Positions 13,303-20,144 of a DNA stretch of 64,000 bases are shown here, piece after piece. Origin of the DNA: Planctomycetota bacterium (lineage in GTDB: Bacteria > Planctomycetota > Phycisphaerae > WQYP01); assembly GCA_021810145.1 (NCBI GenBank), contig JAJZJL010000004.1, forward strand, positions 3,849-67,848, in the 5' to 3' direction. A program made the translations under genes and the position numbers. The notes beneath the pieces were generated by a model. The model did not search any database. It was given only the letters and a program-made list of their open reading frames with translations, and had not been told where the DNA came from. The stretch's first letter is position 1; every line of letters begins with the position of its first letter.

Positions 13303-14508
13303 ATGTGTGCCCTTAACTTGCTTCGCCCTGCATTGCTATCCGCGAACCGCTGTGTGCGGATCGCAGTTGCGGCTACGTTTATCTCGGCGGCGCTCTGGTG
13401 GTTCAACTACACTGCCATTGCCTCAGCATCGGGCCGAACCCTCGTCGCGGGCTCCCCCGCCGCCAGCCATACCCTCGCAGCGGCGCAATGGAAGTCCCTC
13501 CTGCGCGATGCGGCGAAGAGGATATCGACCTTGCGCCTGCAGGCGGCGTTTCGCCGCCAGCTCTACATCTCGCCCGCGGTGGCTCGGCAGCTCAAGGATG
13601 GGCTGGAGCGTGGGTTCCCAAATCAATCATTCAAAGATTTCCATCCTCGAGTTGGACGTGTTGTAAGATCGCAATTGATCCATCTTGACTGGGCAGTTGC
13701 CAGGGGGCTGGTCAATGTTCGGAGGATACAGACCGGCGGCGTGACGGCACTCGGCCCAAGTGGGAAGCTGCGGTCGGGGCTCACGCGAGCGTCGATTTGG
13801 GTCGTCGGTCGGCGGTTCTACTGGTGGGCGTATCCTGGCGGGGGTGTCTGGAACGTCTCGGTCGGACGGCGGAACGGTGCCTGGTTCACGGGGGCTTGGC
13901 CATACACATCCCGGGGCCTGGGCTTATTTGATATTTCCGTGTACTGGGTGCCGTTCGCGACGCCAATAGTGCCGGCCGTTGGGCTGACCAAACTGCCGTT
14001 GAGCTACCGCTTGGCCAGCCAAAAGATCGACTCATCCACCGGGCTTATCAGGCTAAGATACATCGAACTCTACGACGGGAAAGTTAACCGCGTGCCGGGC
14101 ATAGGGACCTGCGAGTACCTATACGTGCTCCGGCTGGCTGGTGGGTTGCAAATTTATCACAAGATATGGGAGGCCGTTGGCGGACCGAAAGGGACCATCC
14201 GGTTCTTCGAGGCTGACTTCAAGAAGTTCGTGAAAACCGGTGGAATTTGGTTCCCAACGCGCATTCGCGAACGCAACTGGCCTAACGGCGCGAAGCACGC
14301 CCAACCCGACGAAACGATAACGATAAAGCACGTCGTGGTTAACGGAAGCTTCCCGCGGAATACATTCCGCTACACACCGCCATTCGGGGCGATGGTCACC
14401 GACACGCGAACCAAGCATGCGAGCATTTATTTTGTCGGATCGAAAAACCCGAAAATTCCGCCAACCACGGTACCTGCGGTGGGAACCAAAAGGGGTGCCG
14501 GCAAATGA
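13303..14508 (+). CDS. Secreted hypothetical protein (Trp/Arg-rich), first gene of a translationally coupled four-gene operon
   Basis: ggagg RBS 8 nt upstream. N-terminal signal/anchor. No motif I can name with confidence. Stop overlaps the next start (ATGA). Confidence 0.45.
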   Translation: MCALNLLRPALLSANRCVRIAVAATFISAALWWFNYTAIASASGRTLVAGSPAASHTLAAAQWKSLLRDAAKRISTLRLQAAFRRQLYISPAVARQLKDGLERGFPNQSFKDFHPRVGRVVRSQLIHLDWAVARGLVNVRRIQTGGVTALGPSGKLRSGLTRASIWVVGRRFYWWAYPGGGVWNVSVGRRNGAWFTGAWPYTSRGLGLFDISVYWVPFATPIVPAVGLTKLPLSYRLASQKIDSSTGLIRLRYIELYDGKVNRVPGIGTCEYLYVLRLAGGLQIYHKIWEAVGGPKGTIRFFEADFKKFVKTGGIWFPTRIRERNWPNGAKHAQPDETITIKHVVVNGSFPRNTFRYTPPFGAMVTDTRTKHASIYFVGSKNPKIPPTTVPAVGTKRGAGK

Positions 14509-15620
14509 TACGACGACATTCTCTTCTGTTCTGGGTGGCGCTTGCTGTTGCCGCAACTTCTGCCGGAGCTTGGATGGTGCGGGCAATGTGGCCGGCGCCG
14601 GTGGCGGAATTCCTAATTGGCCAGCCGAGAAAGGTTGCGGCGGTGGCGATCAATTTTGGCAAGGTCTACTACGGCGAGCGGGCAACCCGCGAGCTAACGG
14701 TTGTGAATTCCTCCAGGCACCACCTCACGTTGGGTGAAAAGACGGGATGTGGATGCACGCGGATTAAGATACTCAATCCGGCCATTCCACCCGGCGGCCG
14801 GTCGGCGGTGCGGGTAAGCTATACCGGGATAGACCCAGGGCGGACCGGACCGGCAAGCCAACAATTCATCATTTTTGATAATGGCAAGAAGCTGATACCC
14901 GAACTCCGTGGGGTTGTCCATGCCGTTCTCGCTCAATCGCTTCGCTTCAACCGGACCGAAATCTCTTGGCGTAACCTTTCAGGCGAGCCTGCCCATGGCG
15001 GCCAAGCTGTGGTGGCCGAGAATGTTTCGGGTGTCCCAGCCAGCGTTGCGTGGAGCGCCGGTGGCGAAGGGCGGTTTTTCTCGATCGCACCGACATCCGC
15101 CGTGATCGCGCCCGGCGCGAGCGTGAGGTTCCTGTTTCGGCCGTCGAGGGCGATAGCTGCAGGGCACCGGTCGGAGGCGGAAGCGATCGTGCTTCGGGGA
15201 ACCCTCCAATCCAACGGGAGGCCCGTACGGCTCAATTTCACGTTCGACGCCTACGACACGCTGGAGCCAGTTTTGGAGGCAATTCCTGGGGCTCTGGTGC
15301 TATCACCAAGGCCGGGTGTCCGCTTGGTTTCGGAGGTTGTCCGGCTCGTAACGGGGCCGGGAAACGGGAAGGTACCGCACGTGCTTGCGGTGGCGACCAG
15401 TAGCTCCGCACTTCACGCCGTCCGGGAGGATGGAGGGAGGATTTTGGTTTCGCTGCACCTGCCACACGGCCAAGTGGCCTTTCTGGGTAATGTCCGCGTT
15501 ACGTATGTTTATGGCGAGGCCAGGTCAGCCTTGGACATCCCCGTTTTTGCGGCCCCGGGTCTATCCGTTCCGCGGCAAACTCGTCCCTCGCCAGTGCGGG
15601 CCGATGGAGAACAGGAATGA
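14505..15620 (+). CDS. DUF1573 domain protein (Ig-like, GCGCT motif), secreted
   Basis: Signal peptide. Segment FGKVYYGERATRELTVVNSSRHHLTLGEKTGCGCTRIKI matches the conserved SCGCT core of DUF1573. ATGA overlap with flanking genes. Confidence 0.55.
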   Translation: MIRRHSLLFWVALAVAATSAGAWMVRAMWPAPVAEFLIGQPRKVAAVAINFGKVYYGERATRELTVVNSSRHHLTLGEKTGCGCTRIKILNPAIPPGGRSAVRVSYTGIDPGRTGPASQQFIIFDNGKKLIPELRGVVHAVLAQSLRFNRTEISWRNLSGEPAHGGQAVVAENVSGVPASVAWSAGGEGRFFSIAPTSAVIAPGASVRFLFRPSRAIAAGHRSEAEAIVLRGTLQSNGRPVRLNFTFDAYDTLEPVLEAIPGALVLSPRPGVRLVSEVVRLVTGPGNGKVPHVLAVATSSSALHAVREDGGRILVSLHLPHGQVAFLGNVRVTYVYGEARSALDIPVFAAPGLSVPRQTRPSPVRADGEQE

Positions 15621-16738
15621 CTGCGACCCTCCAGCGCGTCCCCACCCCCGCCAGCGGTGAGGAACTGGCTCCGGCGAACCGTGCGGGCGAGAGCCGGGAA
15701 CGGCGTGGGTTGCCGTGCGTCGTCGGCACGACCGTGCTGGCGGCTGCCGCGTTAAAGTCATGGGGATTTGACCTCTTGCCCCTCGCCCACGGAAGCCCCG
15801 CTCTGGCGGCCATCGGGCCAGCGTCGCTGATCGCCTGGGAAACCTTCCTCGGCCTCTGGCTCCTCAGCGGTACCTTACCAACCGCGGCGCGGCGGGTGGC
15901 CATTGGCTGTTTCGGCGTGTTTGCTTGTTATACCTTTTATGAAGCGCTCGCCGGAAAGGCTGATTGCGGTTGCTTTGGGCAGGTGCATGTGAACCCGTGG
16001 TTGACATTTATCCTTGATGTTTCAATTGTGCTGGCGCTTACGTTCCTTAGGAAACCTGACGCCCGCAAGGTTCCGCCCTCCCGATGGGCGCAACGGAAAT
16101 GGCCGGTGGCCGCTGCGGCGGCAATCGGATTGCTGGTCGGGGCTACCGTGGCCATGCTGCATCCGAAAGTTGTTGCCGCCGCCAACGGCCTGGCTTCCGC
16201 AGACAATGGCAGAATTGTCATTCTGGAGCCGCACCAATGGCTGCACCACCGCCTGCCGGTGCTGAAACATATCGTAAGCCAGCGCAGCAACAGGTCACTG
16301 GGCCGACAATTGGCAACCGGCAATTGGGTCATCATGTTCTATCATGCCAGTTGCGAAGAGTGCCGGCACACCATTCCCATTTATGAGAATCTCGCCCGGC
16401 AGAATGCCGCATCCGGCACTGACACGCACGTCGCCTTTATCCGTGTGCCACCGGATTTGACCGGGCTCGGCGCGGCAACCGGCTCCGGCACGGCGGGCCC
16501 GCAAATATTCCACGCCAGTCCCGCGCTGCATGGAAATTTGGACAACAGTCATCAGTGGTTTGCCACAACGCCGGCGGTCATGCAACTGAGAGACGGAACC
16601 GTGCTCCGCGCCGCCACGGGCAGCAGGGCAATGAATTTGAAGTGGCTTGGTACAACGGTTACCGGCCAGGGGCCGGGAATCAAAGAACAATGGCCAGAAT
16701 ATAAGGACGATGGCGTAAGCGATGGTCGCAGCAGTTGA
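15617..16738 (+). CDS. MauE/DoxX-like membrane domain fused to thioredoxin-like (MauD/TlpA-like) CxxC domain; putative periplasmic thiol-disulfide oxidoreductase
   Basis: N-terminal multi-TM region with the MauE-type CGCFG motif (AGKADCGCFGQVHVNPW). C-terminal thioredoxin-like segment with CEEC active-site motif (WVIMFYHASCEECRHTIPIY). Confidence 0.55.
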   Translation: MTATLQRVPTPASGEELAPANRAGESRERRGLPCVVGTTVLAAAALKSWGFDLLPLAHGSPALAAIGPASLIAWETFLGLWLLSGTLPTAARRVAIGCFGVFACYTFYEALAGKADCGCFGQVHVNPWLTFILDVSIVLALTFLRKPDARKVPPSRWAQRKWPVAAAAAIGLLVGATVAMLHPKVVAAANGLASADNGRIVILEPHQWLHHRLPVLKHIVSQRSNRSLGRQLATGNWVIMFYHASCEECRHTIPIYENLARQNAASGTDTHVAFIRVPPDLTGLGAATGSGTAGPQIFHASPALHGNLDNSHQWFATTPAVMQLRDGTVLRAATGSRAMNLKWLGTTVTGQGPGIKEQWPEYKDDGVSDGRSS

Positions 16739-17879
16739 AAAATCTCGAACTCAAGGCATTGGCATGGAACACGCTCGCTTCATCCGGCCTCCGCGTTGCG
16801 CCAGGTCCCCGCAGTGCCCAATGGCCGCACAGGTAATCCCGCTTGTGCCCGTGAGCCAAAACCCTCGGCGCAGGGTGCCTTATTATTCCAACGCCTACGT
16901 CCCTGGTTCTGCCTTCTCGCCTGGTGCCTTCACCATCATTGAACTGCTGACGGTGTTATCCATCATCGCGCTGTTGATTTCCCTGCTGCTTCCGGCGCTG
17001 GCCAAGGCCCGACAAAGTGCCGAGGCGGTGGTGTGTGAAAGCAATATCCGGCAACTGCTGACCGGATTGCGCGAATATGTGCAGACGAACAAGGGGCTTT
17101 TTCCGCTCAACGGCATTCTGTTTCCGCATGTGGCCATGTTTCCGCCGTATTCCGATGCCGCTGGCGGTGCGGACTACACGCTCCAGCAGGTGTGGGGTAC
17201 CACCGCTGATTACAATCTTTATTATGGCGCGTTATATCCGTTCATGGCGGGGATTCCCCAGGCACCGCCCGTGCCTGATCTGCTGAATTCCAGCGGCCCC
17301 AATACAGGCAACGGCGCGGCGGCCACGTTGAATCTCAATCCGGAGCGCAACAGGTTCGCCCGGGTTTTCATGTGCCCGCTGGACAGCGGCCTGCGTTCCG
17401 GCGCGGATGCCCTCCGCCTGGCCCCCGGTGGACGGACGGTTCTGGTCGGCGCGGGTTCCGGGGGCGGATTCTGGAGCTATTCGATCAATGCGCTGTTGAA
17501 TTCCCAAGCCGGGGTGTTGGCGGATATCTATGGCACGGGTGCCGGTAACAGTGCCCGCTTTCGGATCCCGTGGTCCTATCCCCTGCGTGACGCCACGATC
17601 ACCAATCCGAAGTGTGTGGTCTTCATTGAAGAATCAGCCCGGAAATCCCCGTTCAATGACGAAGTGATAGATCCGGCCGGATACGAGGATCGGGATCATC
17701 TTTCATCGCGGCACGGCGGCGGCGGCAATCTGGGCTTCTGGGACGGGCATGTGGCGTGGATGTCGCAGGTGGAATATTCTTCGGTGCCCGATCCGACGCG
17801 CAACGCGTCCGGCCCGGCAGCTCTGGCGGTGGCCATGCAGTGCCCGGTCTTCCGAATGTTTATCCCTGACGCGCGATAG
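16722..17879 (+). CDS. Prepilin-type N-terminal cleavage/methylation domain protein, DUF1559 (H-X9-DG) family
   Basis: Type IV pilin-like leader/hydrophobic segment G|FTIIELLTVLSIIALLISLLLPAL. C-terminal exact H-X9-DG motif (RHGGGGNLGFWDGHVAWMS). Start codon uncertain: the long N-terminal extension overlaps the previous gene. Confidence 0.65.
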   Translation: MVAAVEKSRTQGIGMEHARFIRPPRCARSPQCPMAAQVIPLVPVSQNPRRRVPYYSNAYVPGSAFSPGAFTIIELLTVLSIIALLISLLLPALAKARQSAEAVVCESNIRQLLTGLREYVQTNKGLFPLNGILFPHVAMFPPYSDAAGGADYTLQQVWGTTADYNLYYGALYPFMAGIPQAPPVPDLLNSSGPNTGNGAAATLNLNPERNRFARVFMCPLDSGLRSGADALRLAPGGRTVLVGAGSGGGFWSYSINALLNSQAGVLADIYGTGAGNSARFRIPWSYPLRDATITNPKCVVFIEESARKSPFNDEVIDPAGYEDRDHLSSRHGGGGNLGFWDGHVAWMSQVEYSSVPDPTRNASGPAALAVAMQCPVFRMFIPDAR

Positions 17880-17975
17880 GGATGCGGCCGGTAGGGCGGG
17901 CAACGTCGAGCGCGTATGACAGAGCTTGGGCGAACGCCCGATGACAATGAGAAACGCAATGAAAGGAGTCAGGCT

Positions 17976-18815
17976 ATGAGAACAGGTACCGCTGCCGCGT
18001 TCATCGTCATTCTGTTGCTGTCAGCCCCCGGCATCGCGGAAGGTGCGCATTCGCCTCCCGCCAAAGTGAGCCTGCAGCAGGCCTTCCGCCGGATTGACGC
18101 GGAACTCGCCTCTCCGCCACCAGCGCGGAAGGCGGAGTTGGACATCCGGAACATGGTGAAAGGCCATAGCTTTCAGTGCCGTTTTCTGCTTGCGAGCCGC
18201 TGGCTTCCGGCGTTGATGTTAAAAAAGCAATACCCGTTTGTGGCGCAGCTTTCAAAGCGGGAAATCCTGGTCATCCCCCACCGCACCAGAATCATTCAAC
18301 AACTCCTGGCGCTGCGTGTGGAGGCGCTTCTGGGCATGGGAAAGCCAAAGAAAGCGATGGTATGCGCGAAGGAGCTGTTTAATTTCTGTACCATGCGGGA
18401 TACGGCCCGGGCGTTGGCATTGGTGGCGCGGTGTCTGGCGTCCGCAGCGCCTGATGCCGCGGGGGCGATCCGACGATTTAAACGCGAAGAGATCGCCGGG
18501 GCCGCTCTCCCCATTGCTGGATATCCCGCGCTGGGATGCCCGATTCTGGCGGCCGTCAAGGCCGGGGATGGGGCGTATGCGCGCCGGGCATGGGGAATTA
18601 CCGGCCAGAGCTATAGTGATCTGTTTGACCACGGCAATCTGTTGCTTCTCGCTGGAAGGCCACGTGAGGCGATGGCGTGTTTTAATGCGGCCTATCTGGT
18701 AGCCGGCAATTACGGGCAGGTGGTACGCGCGGCCGGCCGTATCGCGGCATGCATCAAGGCGGAAGATGGAACCATTGGCAGGGCCAATGCCTGGGCACGC
18801 GGAGCCGGCCAATGA
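17976..18815 (+). CDS. Secreted helical (TPR-like?) hypothetical protein, paralog A
   Basis: aaaggag RBS. Signal peptide MRTGTAAAFIVILLLSAPGIAEG. C-terminal block ...CIKAEDGTIGRANAWARG shared with the next gene. Confidence 0.45.
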   Translation: MRTGTAAAFIVILLLSAPGIAEGAHSPPAKVSLQQAFRRIDAELASPPPARKAELDIRNMVKGHSFQCRFLLASRWLPALMLKKQYPFVAQLSKREILVIPHRTRIIQQLLALRVEALLGMGKPKKAMVCAKELFNFCTMRDTARALALVARCLASAAPDAAGAIRRFKREEIAGAALPIAGYPALGCPILAAVKAGDGAYARRAWGITGQSYSDLFDHGNLLLLAGRPREAMACFNAAYLVAGNYGQVVRAAGRIAACIKAEDGTIGRANAWARGAGQ

Positions 18816-18927
18816 CCGGATTTCGGGGGCTCGGATCCGAATTGTGCCATGTTGCAGATGAAGGCGGCGTTCCCGGCGCGTGCACCGATTGGCCAAAGCC
18901 GCGGAGGCGCTGCCGATAAGGAGTTGA

Positions 18928-19818
18928 ATGATGCGAATCAAGGTTACAGCAGTCTTTACGGTGTGGCTGGTGGCCACCGGTCTGGCCGCCCCGGAACTGA
19001 CGGCTGTGCCACCGGCCACGGCCCGGCCCAATGCGGCGGAGTTGCGGAGGCTCGCCTGGGCCAAAGGCTTGGTTCCGCGGTTGGCCGGCGCGGGTGCCGC
19101 CGCCCGTAAAGCGGCGTTGTCACAGATTACCTGGGAGCTGCGGACCCAACCGTATCCGACGGCACCGCTGGTATACCAATACTGGCTGCCACCGCTGATG
19201 GATCATGGTCATTACCGCGCTGTGGCAAACCTGGCGATGCGAGGTATTCTCGCGGCACCCGCATATACATTCGCCATTGATCGTCTGCTGGTTTTTCGGA
19301 TTCAGGCGTTGGCGGCAATGCATAAAAACGCGGCGGCCCTTCGCGACGCCAAGAGCCTGTTCGACGTATGCCGAATGCAGGATACCGGAACCGCACTGCT
19401 GATTCTGGATCAACGCCTTGATGCGGTGTACCGCAAGCATCCCAATATCGTGCGGCGGTTTGTGCTGGAGGAACGGTCGGGAGCAAAAATGCCTTCGGCT
19501 GGTGGCGGGCCCATCGAAAGATCCCGTGTGCTGGCGTCGATTCAGGTTCACGCCGGTCCCTACCTGGCAAGGCTGAAAGCAATCCACAGCACCGGGTCGT
19601 CCGCTCTGATGGAGAAGGGGGATTTATGGCTGCTGGCGGATCAACCGGCCAAAGCGCTGCGATGTTTTCAATCCATGGAGGCTTATGCGAAAACGTCGCG
19701 GCAGTTGCTGTTGCTGGAGAGATTTATCTGTCGGGCGATCAGGGCGGAGGACGGCACGATTGGCCGGGCCAACGCGCATCTTCTACGGGCGATTCAAGGT
19801 GCAACCCACCCGCAATAA
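18928..19818 (+). CDS. Secreted helical hypothetical protein, paralog B
   Basis: aaggag RBS. Signal peptide MMRIKVTAVFTVWLVATGLAAP. Shares ...RAIRAEDGTIGRANAHLLRA with paralog A and overall collinear similarity. Its stop codon abuts repeat copy 2. Confidence 0.45.
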   Translation: MMRIKVTAVFTVWLVATGLAAPELTAVPPATARPNAAELRRLAWAKGLVPRLAGAGAAARKAALSQITWELRTQPYPTAPLVYQYWLPPLMDHGHYRAVANLAMRGILAAPAYTFAIDRLLVFRIQALAAMHKNAAALRDAKSLFDVCRMQDTGTALLILDQRLDAVYRKHPNIVRRFVLEERSGAKMPSAGGGPIERSRVLASIQVHAGPYLARLKAIHSTGSSALMEKGDLWLLADQPAKALRCFQSMEAYAKTSRQLLLLERFICRAIRAEDGTIGRANAHLLRAIQGATHPQ

Positions 19819-20144
19819 ATGGGCGAGCGTGGTTTGGCCGGCCTGCCGCGAACGCGGCAGGGCGACCGCAGGGAGCATGTGAGCAGTTTGGTCAACCGAG
19901 ATTCGGCAATTTAGTGGAGCATATAGTTCCGTTATTCCGCGATGCGGGAGATTTGCTCATTTAAATATGCAAGCCATCCTATTGATTGCCACTATTTGTC
20001 GCACAAGCCCTCAGATGCAGGCAAGTGTATCCTCAATGACGGCCTTTTGGCCCGCGCTTAAACTTGGTCTGCTGTGGCTTGGCGGCGGAGCGATTGGCCA
20101 GTCTGTTGGCGATTCCTTCATCAATCGCGGCGGCCAGGGCGTGC
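19818..20144. repeat. Direct repeat copy 2 (includes the functional 3' end of uvrB)
   Basis: ~98% identical to 8191..8517. Covers uvrB codons 20033..20144 plus 215 bp downstream of uvrB. Confidence 0.9.

Noticed and set aside
18252-19064. 270-aa antisense ORF overlapping both paralogous secreted-protein genes.
   Set aside because: It is antisense to two genes that each have a good RBS and a signal peptide. It has no RBS and is explained by high GC content keeping frames open.
8518-20144. The island as a prophage or ICE.
   Set aside because: No integrase, terminase, capsid, relaxase or T4SS gene is recognisable anywhere in 8518..19817. The att-like repeats remain, but a mobility mechanism cannot be named.
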